From the NCBI GenBank assembly GCA_965248265.1, contig CBDFJF010000001.1, forward strand, positions 128,001 through 192,000: a stretch of DNA of 64,000 nucleotides. Direction: 5' to 3'. Each line of letters starts with the position of its first letter. Position 1 is the first letter of the stretch. Positions 49,882 to 59,811 of the stretch are shown in pieces. Under the pieces are notes generated by a model. The model had not been told where the DNA came from and did no database searches. It was given only the letters and a program-made list of their open reading frames with translations. Made by a program: the position numbers and the translations under genes. Source of the DNA: Candidatus Latescibacterota bacterium. Its GTDB lineage: Bacteria > Latescibacterota > UBA2968 > UBA8231.

Positions 49882-51438
49882 ATGCTGACACTGAGACAAT
49901 CCATGGAATTGGCCGGGACGAATCTGCTCAACTCCCTGTCAGCCGACGAAGACCGTCTGCCCCTGTGGTCGGTCACCATCGACCCCGACATGCGGGCCCG
50001 ACCTAGCCTGCGCTGGCCGGAGCACAACGTCGGCAGATGGTGGGACGCCATGCTGCGGTTGGAAGCAGCCGCGGGATTCGCGCCACCCGCCCACACGGAA
50101 GCGGCCATGTTGCGGCACCTGGGAAGCTGCCTGGACAATCCACTGGCAGTCTGCGCCTCCATGGACACGACGGCGAGCTGCTTTGACGACCACTCGCAAC
50201 GGGAGGTCCTGTTGGCCCTGGCAGCCCTGGTGCGCTGGCGCGACAACGACTGGGCCGCACAGGCGGGCCACCGCATGGTCCTTGCGCTCGACCGCTTCAT
50301 TCAGGATGACGGCTCCTGGGATCGCGTGCTGATGAACGAGACGGCCGCCAAGGGAGGAAGACACGTCGACGCCCCACCCGCCGACCCCAAGGCCGACAGG
50401 TCAAAACCGGGAATCGAGCTGACGGGCTCCCACGGGCGCATGATCGAGGCGCTGCTGGAGCTCTACACCGCCACCGGAGACACGGCCGCCATGCTCCTGG
50501 CCTCGCGTCTGGCCGAGTTCCACCTCGAAGCATCCACGCGCCCCGACGGCACGGTCCCCGAATACAGCGGTTACGTCCATACCCACTCACTGTTCGGGAC
50601 CTATCGCGGACTGCTGATGTACGGCCAGTTGACTCGCCAGCGGCAGTACATCGACCGGGTCGCTGAGACGTACGCCTGTACCGTTCGAACGAAGGTCTTC
50701 CGCTCCGGGTTCATCTCCCACGACTGGGGCAGCGAGCAGAGGGGCGAAACGACCTCACCGGGCGACGCGGCCCAGCTGGCCCTGTGGCTGGCGCAACTCG
50801 GTTACGGGGAGTTCTTCGATGACGCCGAGCGCATCGTCCGCGCCCGCATCCTGCCGTCGCAGATTACCTCGCCGTTGGGGCTGCAACCGGCGGACGACGA
50901 CGATGGCCCCCCGGAAGATCTCGACGCGCTGACGGTGGGCGCCTTCGGCGGCATGCACACCCATCCGCACGGCGGCATCCTGCCGACGACGGACATCACC
51001 GCAGCCGATTTGCACACCCTCTGTGACATCTACACCCATGTCGTCGAAGAGACAGAGGCCGGACTGGTCGTCAACTTCCACTTGGACTACGAGGACGACC
51101 TGGTATGCGTTGAGACGACCCGCGGGGACAGTGGAAGGCTCACTGTCCAACCGAAGATCGCCAGGCCGGTCCTCATCCGCATCCCCGGTTGGGCGCCGCC
51201 TGGATCCGTCGAGCTCGAGGTCGACGGCAAGCGCGAGGCCACGTCATGGATTGGTCATTCGCTGCTTGTATCAGCACAGAACCCACCGGCGCAGATCGAG
51301 GCGTGTTACGAGTTGCCAGTAAAGAAGACGGTAGAGCACATCGATGGCGACGACTACCATCTCACCTGGCGCGGCGACGACGTCGTCGGACTCGTGCCGA
51401 ACACGGACTTCCTTCCTTTTTATCCCACCCCGGACTAG
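49882..51438 (+). CDS. Putative (alpha/alpha)6 glycoside hydrolase, GH127-like C-terminal region
   Basis: HTHS, ETTS, AERIVR, VLIRIPGWA, WRGD.V motifs; start at ATG 49882. Confidence 0.55.
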   Translation: MLTLRQSMELAGTNLLNSLSADEDRLPLWSVTIDPDMRARPSLRWPEHNVGRWWDAMLRLEAAAGFAPPAHTEAAMLRHLGSCLDNPLAVCASMDTTASCFDDHSQREVLLALAALVRWRDNDWAAQAGHRMVLALDRFIQDDGSWDRVLMNETAAKGGRHVDAPPADPKADRSKPGIELTGSHGRMIEALLELYTATGDTAAMLLASRLAEFHLEASTRPDGTVPEYSGYVHTHSLFGTYRGLLMYGQLTRQRQYIDRVAETYACTVRTKVFRSGFISHDWGSEQRGETTSPGDAAQLALWLAQLGYGEFFDDAERIVRARILPSQITSPLGLQPADDDDGPPEDLDALTVGAFGGMHTHPHGGILPTTDITAADLHTLCDIYTHVVEETEAGLVVNFHLDYEDDLVCVETTRGDSGRLTVQPKIARPVLIRIPGWAPPGSVELEVDGKREATSWIGHSLLVSAQNPPAQIEACYELPVKKTVEHIDGDDYHLTWRGDDVVGLVPNTDFLPFYPTPD

Positions 51439-51700
51439 CCGTCGAGTATAGGACCGATAAGGACCCGTCCGTGCCCGGCTTCGGACTGCGCCCTTTACGC
51501 AATCGCATTCGCGGTTCGTGTCAGCCAACTCCCGAGGTCTTGGTTATGTTAGGCGTCGTCGTCGCCGCGGCTCACGCGGTGTTTTTGCATATCAACAAAG
51601 GACGCTGAGCGAGCGTGCGTGCGACTTTCTGTCGCGGGACTTTCCAACCGATAGCCATCCGTCATCTCTCGGCGACTGCCAACTGAACAGGAGGTTTATC

Positions 51701-52582
51701 ATGATTTACGGTGAAGGGGACTATCGCTACGATGAGATCAAAGACTGGGCGCAGCTGCCCGAAGGCTGGGTATTCGCGCAGGTATCGGACACGGCAGTTG
51801 ACTCGAAGGGCAGGATATACGCCTTTACGCGTGGCAAACACCCGATCGTAGTCTTCGACAAGGACGGGAACTTCGTCACCTCTTGGGGCTACGGGGATTT
51901 CGGGATCTCGCCCAATCTCGTCAGCCAGTCCCACGGTATTTTCATCACACCCGACGACAAGGTCTACCTCACCGACTCCCTCCAGCATATCGTTCGTCGC
52001 TACGATCGGCTCGGCGAACTGGAGCGCGAGTGGGGTACCCGAGGCGTGCCCGGGGCGAGCTTCCATCGCCGCGAGTACAACATGCCCACCGGTGTCGCCT
52101 TCGCGCCCGACGGCCAGCACTTCTACGTCTCCGATGGCTACGGCAGCCGCTGCGTGCACAAATACGACAGCAACGGGGAGCACATCCACGTGTGGGGTGA
52201 AGGCGGCAGCGGGCCAGGGCAGTTCGCCCTGGTACACAACATCGGCTGCACGCGCGACGGGCGCGTCCTCGTCTGCGACCGCGAGAACAACCGCATCCAG
52301 GTGTTCGACCCCGACGGCGTTTTCATCGAGCAGTGGACCGATGTCATGATGCCGGGCGATGTGGCCATCACGTCTGACAACACCGTCTACGTCGCCGAGC
52401 AAGGCGGCGGCGGACGTATCAGTGTCTGGTCGGCCAACGGAGAGCTCATCTGCCGCTTTGAGGACAAGGCCGCCGTCCAGTCGCCTCACGGCCTCTGTGT
52501 TGACAATGACGACAACATCTACGTTGCCGAAATCGGCATGGAGGGCCAGGGGCAAAGGCTACAGAAGTTCGCGAGGGTGTGA
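51701..52582 (+). CDS. NHL-repeat beta-propeller (peptidyl-alpha-hydroxyglycine lyase-like)
   Basis: AGGAGG RBS; WAQLPEGW, SHGI, YVSDGYG, GPGQFALVH, DRENNRIQVF. Confidence 0.85.
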   Translation: MIYGEGDYRYDEIKDWAQLPEGWVFAQVSDTAVDSKGRIYAFTRGKHPIVVFDKDGNFVTSWGYGDFGISPNLVSQSHGIFITPDDKVYLTDSLQHIVRRYDRLGELEREWGTRGVPGASFHRREYNMPTGVAFAPDGQHFYVSDGYGSRCVHKYDSNGEHIHVWGEGGSGPGQFALVHNIGCTRDGRVLVCDRENNRIQVFDPDGVFIEQWTDVMMPGDVAITSDNTVYVAEQGGGGRISVWSANGELICRFEDKAAVQSPHGLCVDNDDNIYVAEIGMEGQGQRLQKFARV

Positions 52583-52687
52583 AGACCGGTAGACTGAAAT
52601 TCGCGGTGGGAGAGGTCTCCAGAATGAGCTGAGAGACACCGCATTTGCGCGATTCAATCACTAGGTTAGGTGACTGAGAGGCACTCG

Positions 52688-53138
52688 TGGAATAAAAAGG
52701 CAACCCGTATCCGCCAATCTATTTTGCCGTTTCGCTTGCTCTGATGGTCACGTTGCACTATCTCGCTCCAATCCATCAACTGCTTCCAATGCCTTTCAAA
52801 TATGCCGGGGTACCGCTTGTACTTGGCGGCATTTGCGTTACTGCGGTCGCGGCTAGGGCATTTACGAGGGTTGGAACACCCGTAGTTCCTTTTGAGAAAT
52901 CAACCGTAGTTGTAACAAATGGGTTGTTCCGGTTTAGCCGCAATCCAATGTATCTGGGTATGGTCATGGCACTCGTTGGCGTAGCAATGCTTCTTCGTAG
53001 TGCGGCTGCGTTCGGTCCAATTCCTATTTTCGCGTGGCTAGTCTATCACCAATTCATTCATCCTGAGGAACAGTTTCTAGAGGAGCTTTTGGTGAGGAAT
53101 ATTCGGCGTATAAGCGTAAAGTACGGCGATGGGTATGA
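52688..53138 (+). pseudogene. Isoprenylcysteine carboxylmethyltransferase/PEMT family, disrupted
   Basis: FRFSRNPMYLG, EEQFL; in-frame TAA after GTG GAA; frameshift at T4 (about 53088) before GEEYSAYKRKVRRWV*. Confidence 0.75.
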
Positions 53139-53189
53139 GTTGTGCAGCTACCAGGGCATCGAGCGGATGCAGCAACTCTCTCTGCGCGC

Positions 53190-53431
53190 CATCCGACGCT
53201 TGGCGTCAGGGACAGCTGCCGACTCGGAAACCACGACGCGTAGAGATTCGGCAAGCTGAACTGGCCAAGAACGCCTCCCGGTACCTGAACCGAAGTGGTT
53301 TCCGAGAACCCTCCTCCGGTTGTGTGCGAAAGTCCAAACTGCGTGCCCATCTCGAGGCCCGAGGCACGGTGGAAGCCTCCGTGGCCCAGCAAGACTGCCA
53401 TCACCACAGCAGCGATCGAAGTAAACTTCAC
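53190..53431 (-). pseudogene. N-terminal fragment of an exported beta-strand protein
   Basis: AGGAAG RBS, GTG start, signal-like FTSIAAVVMAVLL; runs into the convergent pseudogene. Confidence 0.4.
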
Positions 53432-53506
53432 GGTCTTCCTCCTTTGCAAAAATTGCAATAGCGTCCTGACCTACTTGTCGAGCTTGCTCTTGGGTAGGCA
53501 CGCGGG

Positions 53507-53669
53507 TTTCAAGGGTAGATATGTCACTACTCTCTCTTTCTTCTTTCTCTATCTCTCTCTGACATTTCTACCCCTCAAAAGGGATGTGAGGTGATTTGGA
53601 GAATAGAGTTGTCACCATGGTTATTCCTCTTTCTTTGTCTCATTCTCTCTAACATTTCTACCCTTCAAA
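53507..53669. repeat. Two tandem units of 20-bp inverted arms around pyrimidine-rich spacers
   Basis: TTTCAAGGGTAGATATGTCA/TGACATTTCTACCCCTCAAA and TTTGGAGAATAGAGTTGTCA/TAACATTTCTACCCTTCAAA. Confidence 0.75.
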
Positions 53670-53881
53670 TAGCGCACGAGGAGGAAGGCACGTTCGCCTA
53701 CTATCCCCGTAGTCGATCAAGTGTTCTCTGAGGCCATCAGACGGCCCAGAATCGTCGATCGGTACGTAGGTGGCGTACGGGTACCCGTGGACAGTATAGA
53801 GCGTCAGAACGGCCGTGAGAACGCAGTACACCGGGACGCAATCATCTCCGTCCTATACTCGATTTGCGATTCAGGCACATA

Positions 53882-53973
53882 GACACACCAAGACGGAGGT
53901 TTCAGGAAAGTCTGTATATAGAGCTGTATAGAGAAAGTTTGCCGAAACCTGTGTCGGGGTGTGTCGTGTCAGT
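53882..53973. repeat. Imperfect palindrome A
   Basis: GACACACC..AGGTTTCAGGAAAG / GTTTGCCGAAACCT..GGTGTGTC, followed by GTGTCAGT. Confidence 0.7.
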
Positions 53974-54113
53974 GGCTAAGCGCCGTGATGGTTCGTGAAA
54001 GTAAGGGCTGATCGTTCAGATTGCAGTCGAGGAAGCTGGCGCTGTTCAGTGCCTGAAACTTGCCGCCGCCATGCAGAAGACAATTTCGATTCTGAATCAG
54101 GCATATGTCGGCT

Positions 54114-54995
54114 CTAGGACGGATTGGTAGATAGATCCTTAGCAGAGTTCACCTCTCGACGAACTCGAACCGCAGAGCTACCATACTCACCTCCGTCCGG
54201 CAACATGCTGACGCGTAGAGGCAAGGCCACTTGCTCCCACTTTTCATTCTCCACTGCTGAGCCCATAGCGCCGCCCATACCGCCGCCAATAAGGGCACCG
54301 GGGAAACCTACAATTAATGCACCGACAAAAGTAGTTACAACAACGCCAACCGCATCCATGCCATGGTAAACGCCCAAGGAGTGGCCTAACCATGATCCCA
54401 CAGTTCCGCCAATGAGAAGACCAATGAGCGCTCCTTTGCTTGCCGCCGCGTCACGCGAGATCCCACCACGACTGACTTCCAAGTGAGCCAAAATGCTCAG
54501 AGGAATAGCTAAGGTAGTGCCTCGGCTTCTCAGTACGAGCGAGTCAGCTGATATCGACACAACTGTTCCTATAAGCCAATGTTCACCTATGTACATGAAA
54601 CCATCATGCCGAATACCGGGAGAACGCACTTTGATCCGCACCCGGTCCCTAGGCTTAATCGACGGGGCCTCTTGCACCGCAAGATCCGTCCACGAAAGCA
54701 GGACACCCGGCAGAGATACTTCCTTCCATCGTTCACCCAATATTCCACCTCCCTGGCTGACTTCGAATTTGGTTATGGAGTCGAGAGGGATTGCAAAAAA
54801 GGTCCGTTGATCTTCGGCGTTCAGCACGACGAGAGTGTCGGTGTCCAACGATACTACAGAGCCTATGAGTCGGTTGATGGTATAGGAGGGAGCCGAGACA
54901 CGTACCCGTGTCCCACGGTGGACGAGCAGCGTTTCTTGCGCCGCCAGGTCCGTCAGCGGTATCAGCAGGAGAGCAACGAAAAGCAGTCTCTTCAT
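54114..54995 (-). CDS. Exported hypothetical protein with internal duplication and glycine-zipper-like TM segments
   Basis: Signal peptide MKRLLFVALLL; RVRV..LIG.VVS...D.LV..AIPL...EVS.G occurs twice. Confidence 0.7.
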   Translation of the reverse strand: MKRLLFVALLLIPLTDLAAQETLLVHRGTRVRVSAPSYTINRLIGSVVSLDTDTLVVLNAEDQRTFFAIPLDSITKFEVSQGGGILGERWKEVSLPGVLLSWTDLAVQEAPSIKPRDRVRIKVRSPGIRHDGFMYIGEHWLIGTVVSISADSLVLRSRGTTLAIPLSILAHLEVSRGGISRDAAASKGALIGLLIGGTVGSWLGHSLGVYHGMDAVGVVVTTFVGALIVGFPGALIGGGMGGAMGSAVENEKWEQVALPLRVSMLPDGGEYGSSAVRVRREVNSAKDLSTNPS

Positions 54996-55036
54996 GTGGC
55001 TATTCCGGGCAACGAGGGTGGGATCATTGGTGTCAG

Positions 55037-55155
55037 TCATGCCTCCACCGCCACAACCACGCAGGTCATGTCGTCAGCCTGCTCCGCATCACCAGCAACA
55101 CCTTCACCTTATCAACCAGCCGATTGATGACAGCACTCGCCGGGAGTCCACTCTC
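55037..55155 (-). pseudogene. PP2C/SpoIIE phosphatase C-terminal fragment
   Basis: GLPASAVINRLVDKVK / AGDAEQADDMTCVVVAVEA*. Confidence 0.65.
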
Positions 55156-55217
55156 ACGCCGTTCTCAAAGTTTCCTTCGTGCGCTCCGAACCCGATCGCC
55201 AATCAGCACACCGCTCC

Positions 55218-58200
55218 TCATCTCGCCGCCAGCTTTAGTTGTGACTCCTCCAGCCTCTGAACGGCAGCGGTTAGCGCGTCCAACTGCGTTCGCAACTCAA
55301 TGTCCCTCTGCTCCAATTGTTCGTTGCGGGCGGTGAGTCGCGCTATATCCTGCTCCAGTGATACATTGCGCGCCATCAACTCCCTCGTCTGTGAGTCGAG
55401 TTCCTGCACGGCGGCAACCAACACCGGACGCACGCTATGTGTATCCACTTGCAGGTACCCGGTGCCGTCGTCCTGCACGCTTTCAGGAAATACCTCCTGA
55501 AATTCCTGGGCAATAAAGTTGTAATAGATGCGGTTGCCAACCGATGGATGCTCCCGCTGGTAATCCTCGTTATAGCGGAATCTGACCGGCCTCAACTGAC
55601 GAATCGTCTCCATGCCCTTCTCAACTTCCTCGATGTCCATCTTCAGACGCCGGTCGGAGTTGGCAAGCCAGTCACCGGCTGCGGTTTTGGAGGCATTACC
55701 CTCGACCTCGAACGGATTGGCCGTCGGTGCTCGGCCAACGCCGACCTCTCCACTGTTGGCAATTGTCATCCTGGTTGAGGGTGCGGTATTGACAGCGCCT
55801 GTCTGGAACGCAATCGTGCCGCCGAGAGCCAACGCAATGGCCGTCGTCCCGGCGCCTACATTGGAAATCACATCGGCACCAGCATCGTCCAATTCATAGT
55901 TGGTTGATAGGACCATCGCGTTCGTATACGGGCCATTCTGGTTTCGCCAGATGTAGCCAAAGAAGTTACCCAGGGCCATTCTGAATCCGTGTGTTGTATT
56001 CGTCGGTCCCGCTATGTAAACGTCCCCTTCGTCTATCTGAAGCTTGTAAGTCGGGCTTGTCGTGTTGATGCCGACATTGCCTCCGAGGAACAGTCCGGCG
56101 TAGCCGGTACCACCGTCCAGTACGCGGCCGTAAACTGCCACACCAGGTTTAGTGTAGCCTGCAACTCCAAACCAGTTGTCATCGAAGCCCCCGAGTGCAC
56201 CGTATGTGTAGGCGTTTGAACCCGCATCCGCTTCCGCGTTTGTCGTCAAGCCGGTCACTGATGCGTGTTGAAGTGTGTGTGGTGCGGTCGCCGCCAGACT
56301 ACTCCCAGAGTTGTCCAGGACACCGATCGCTGATCGAGTCTTCAGATTCGTGCCAGTAAAGGACCCGCCGATCACGTGTAACCTGCTCTCCGGCGCTGTC
56401 GTGCCGATGCCGACGTTGCCGTCACCTTGGATATGAACCGCGTCAACCGCCGTCCCTCCGGTCTTGGTCCTGAACCTGATGTCGCCGTCCGCGTTGTTGT
56501 AGAGGTTGTCGAAATACGTGTGCCCCGTGTTGTAGTCATGCCACATCTGCAAGCCTGTTGTCGCGCCGTCGTCTCTCGTCAGGAACAATCCCACGTCACC
56601 AGCACCAACCGACCGCATATCCAGCACCCTCGCATTGCCGGAATCAGAATTGAAAGCGGCCGGCAAATTGCCAGCCGGAACCGTCGTGTTGATGCCGACA
56701 TTGCCCGTAGCCGTAATGCGCATCTTCTCCACAGCCGTGGCGCTGTTCGACGTGAAGAATCGCATGGACGTGCCGCCAGCTGTTGAATTCGATGCAATAT
56801 CGAGTATCCCGGTACCTGTGTTGTAGTTGATGACGCCAATGTTTGACGTGGTGAGATCCGTAGCCGCGGAATTTGTGATACGCATCTGACCACTGTTGAT
56901 GTGCAACGCGTCTCCCGGGCTCGTTGTGCCGATGCCGACGTTGTTGTTGTCATCAATCGTCATGGCTGGTGAGGCCAGTGACGTGGTACCCGTAAGTCGC
57001 AGTTTTCCGTCCCCATCGTGGATGCCCAAACCTGCCCAGTTCGCGGTGCCGTCGTGGTCCGAATCGAACCACAGCTCGCTGTCATTCCCGGCACCCGCGC
57101 CATTGTTCGTCAGAAATACAGCATTCACACCGCTGGCCTTGTGCAGGTGGAGTAGTACATTCGGATTTAATGTCCCAATCCCCACATTGCCGTTTGTCAG
57201 CAAACCCATCCCGGCAGTGCCACCTGGCGAGATTTGCAGATGTTCGGTGGCAGATGTCGAAAGAATGCCAAACCCGCCCGCCGATTCGAGCCGTATGTGT
57301 TGTGCGGGAGTTCCCGTAAGTGATGAGCGTATCGCACCTTCAACTTCGAGCAAATCGTTGGGGCTGCTTGTACCGATGCCGACGTTGCCGTTCACGGTGA
57401 GTCCGCCAGCCCCAGCGATGTCTACCGCTCCATTGTCCGCCGTAATCGTACGCCCAGCGCCGGCACCACCCTCGTCGTAGGCCCCGTCGAGGGTGTTCTG
57501 GGTGTCGGTATCAGTATCCGTGTCCGTAGCGTTGAAGGTCAGGGTGTTGCCCGAAGGTGCGATGGCCATGTTGGTACCGGCAGCCAGGGTCACGGCATCC
57601 GTAAGGCTGTTCACCGTCTTGACCACGGCCCCTGCAGCCACATCACCGGCCACTATGGTAGCATCGGCAATCTCAGCCGAGGTGATCGCACTGGCGGCGA
57701 TCTTGGCGGTCGTGACAGCGCCCGCGGCCAGTTCCGTGGTGCCGACCCCGCCTGCAGCGATATCGAGGGTTACATCACCGGTAGTGCCGCCATTGGCAAG
57801 GCCCGTACCCGCCGTTACCCCGGTAATATCACCGCCAGCAGTGGCATCGATGGTAAGCGTGTTACCGGTCGGGGTGATGGCAATGTTAGATCCCGCCGCC
57901 AGAGTGACGGCGTCTTCCAGGCTGTTGACGCTGGTGACTACCTGACCGGCGGCGATGTCGGCAGCCACTATGGTTCCATCACCAATCTTCGCCGAAGTGA
58001 CGGCGTCAGCGGCCAGTTCCGCACTGTCCACAGCACCAGCCGCGATTTCATCAGCGTCCACTGAATCAGTCGCCAGGTCGGCTGCCGAAATGGTGCCATC
58101 GGCGATCTTGGCACTCGTTACGGCATCGGTACCCAGATCAGCCTCCGCGATCGCGCTGTCGATGATCTTCGCACTCGTGATCGAGTTATCCGCGATGTCG

Positions 58201-59174
58201 CCAGTACCCACTTCATTACCACCGGTGGTCGAAATCGTGATGTTCTGTCCGACTCGCTCAATGTCGATGTTGGCACCTTCGACCAGGGTTACATCATCAG
58301 TGGCCTGGTTCAGGCTTGACACAGCGGCCCCAGCGGCCACCTTGGAGGCCGTTACCGCAGCGTCCTGAATTTTGGCCGTCGTCACGGCATCAGCGGCAAT
58401 CTGCGTGGCCGTTACAGCATCGTCGGCCAGATCCACGGTTGCGATCGTGCCATCGGCCAGTTTGGCCGAAGTCACCGCGCCATCAGCCAATTCGCCTCCA
58501 GAGGCCGTGATCGTCACCGTATTACCGGTAGTGGCCACGGTGACATTGTTGCCGCCCGCAATGGTGACGCCGTTGGCAACGGTATTGACGCTCGTCACCA
58601 CCGCTCCAGAAGCGATGTCTGCGGAGCTTATGCTGCCATCGGCGATCTTGGCTGCGGTCACGGCATCGTCGGCCAGCTCTTCATCGGTGATCGCAGCATC
58701 TGCAATCTTGTCGCTGGTCACTGAGCCTTCCGCAAGCTGCTGCATACCCACGGCGCTCGCAGCGATCTTATCCGCAGTCACCGCACCGTCTTCAACATCC
58801 TTGGCGTAGAGGCTGTAGGGAGCCGCTACCAGCGCAATGCGGGGCGACAACTCATCGCCTGCGCCGATGGAAATGCCCAGGTAATAGGGCCGGTCAAAGG
58901 GCACTGCATCCAAGGACTCGCTCTCGCCCAGTACCACGCTGAAGAGCCCCTTGGCCGTCGTAACCGTCCGCGTCGACTCCCACGCCGCAGTACCCCCGGC
59001 AGCCTGCTCGTACAGGCGGAAGGTGATCTCATGGTCGCCATCTACGACCACATCGCCCGCGGCATCGCTCAGGTAGCCCATGTAGGAAATGGTCTTGGGC
59101 ACGGCCTCCTGGGCATGGACGGTCGATAGCGAAATTGCCAGGTAAAACGCGGTGGCAAGTAGGCGTTTCATCAC
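55218..59174 (-). CDS. Secreted trimeric fibre/adhesin with peptidase S74 intramolecular chaperone
   Basis: Signal peptide; many AVTxAKIADG repeats; VxSxN...VTL.AG.N modules; GNVGIGT.P repeats; SDRRLK..LRPVRFRY..FIAQE (S74) and a coiled coil. Confidence 0.85.
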   Translation of the reverse strand: MMKRLLATAFYLAISLSTVHAQEAVPKTISYMGYLSDAAGDVVVDGDHEITFRLYEQAAGGTAAWESTRTVTTAKGLFSVVLGESESLDAVPFDRPYYLGISIGAGDELSPRIALVAAPYSLYAKDVEDGAVTADKIAASAVGMQQLAEGSVTSDKIADAAITDEELADDAVTAAKIADGSISSADIASGAVVTSVNTVANGVTIAGGNNVTVATTGNTVTITASGGELADGAVTSAKLADGTIATVDLADDAVTATQIAADAVTTAKIQDAAVTASKVAAGAAVSSLNQATDDVTLVEGANIDIERVGQNITISTTGGNEVGTGDIADNSITSAKIIDSAIAEADLGTDAVTSAKIADGTISAADLATDSVDADEIAAGAVDSAELAADAVTSAKIGDGTIVAADIAAGQVVTSVNSLEDAVTLAAGSNIAITPTGNTLTIDATAGGDITGVTAGTGLANGGTTGDVTLDIAAGGVGTTELAAGAVTTAKIAASAITSAEIADATIVAGDVAAGAVVKTVNSLTDAVTLAAGTNMAIAPSGNTLTFNATDTDTDTDTQNTLDGAYDEGGAGAGRTITADNGAVDIAGAGGLTVNGNVGIGTSSPNDLLEVEGAIRSSLTGTPAQHIRLESAGGFGILSTSATEHLQISPGGTAGMGLLTNGNVGIGTLNPNVLLHLHKASGVNAVFLTNNGAGAGNDSELWFDSDHDGTANWAGLGIHDGDGKLRLTGTTSLASPAMTIDDNNNVGIGTTSPGDALHINSGQMRITNSAATDLTTSNIGVINYNTGTGILDIASNSTAGGTSMRFFTSNSATAVEKMRITATGNVGINTTVPAGNLPAAFNSDSGNARVLDMRSVGAGDVGLFLTRDDGATTGLQMWHDYNTGHTYFDNLYNNADGDIRFRTKTGGTAVDAVHIQGDGNVGIGTTAPESRLHVIGGSFTGTNLKTRSAIGVLDNSGSSLAATAPHTLQHASVTGLTTNAEADAGSNAYTYGALGGFDDNWFGVAGYTKPGVAVYGRVLDGGTGYAGLFLGGNVGINTTSPTYKLQIDEGDVYIAGPTNTTHGFRMALGNFFGYIWRNQNGPYTNAMVLSTNYELDDAGADVISNVGAGTTAIALALGGTIAFQTGAVNTAPSTRMTIANSGEVGVGRAPTANPFEVEGNASKTAAGDWLANSDRRLKMDIEEVEKGMETIRQLRPVRFRYNEDYQREHPSVGNRIYYNFIAQEFQEVFPESVQDDGTGYLQVDTHSVRPVLVAAVQELDSQTRELMARNVSLEQDIARLTARNEQLEQRDIELRTQLDALTAAVQRLEESQLKLAAR

Positions 59175-59811
59175 AACAGCTCCTGAGTGAGATTTCGTAT
59201 TGCGAGTATTACCAGCTTATGCCAGTGACCACACCACCAGGTTGTATAGTGGCGGGGTGATGGTACGGAGATTCTCAGGGTGGACCAAGCGGGGGACAGC
59301 CCCTTACGCTCATACGCCATCCCCAGGGCCATCAGCGTCACAGCCGAGCGCTGCATCTCGCGTGCACCCTGCAGACAGGCAATGGCGAAGTCGATCTGAC
59401 CGTTCAAAGCCCGTGGAGACGAAATCAACCATCGACGTTGATTGGGCGAATATGTTCCTTAGAGGTCTGTCTGTCCGTTACGCTTGATGCAGCTGCAAGG
59501 ACTCCCTTGAGTAGGGGATAAGACGATGATTTGTGGAAAGTTACGATCACATCTTAAGACGTCGACCGCACGGAAATCTTTCCAACGCTTCGAAGTTTCA
59601 AATGATCGCTTGCCACGACGGAGCACCGTCGTCAGTCTCTGTGGGCTTGGCTTGTTATCGAACGAAGGGGATGGCCGATCTGTACCGGCCGGTGGACGAA
59701 GCGCGAGATATTCTCCAGTCCGTCGATCAAATAGTCGTCGAACAGCTGGCGTTCGTTGCCAATGTCCAGGACTACCGGCCGGCGGGGTACTGTGGGTTCG
59801 GCCATTGTTGG

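Noticed and set aside
51440-51700. Riboswitch in the long leader of the NHL gene
   Set aside because: No conserved aptamer motif could be recognised by eye; an Infernal search is needed.
53507-53669. CRISPR mini-array
   Set aside because: The repeats alternate in orientation, the spacers are low-complexity and similar to each other, and there are no cas genes.
55218-59174. Prophage tail gene
   Set aside because: It has a Sec signal peptide, and no capsid, terminase, portal or other tail genes are nearby.
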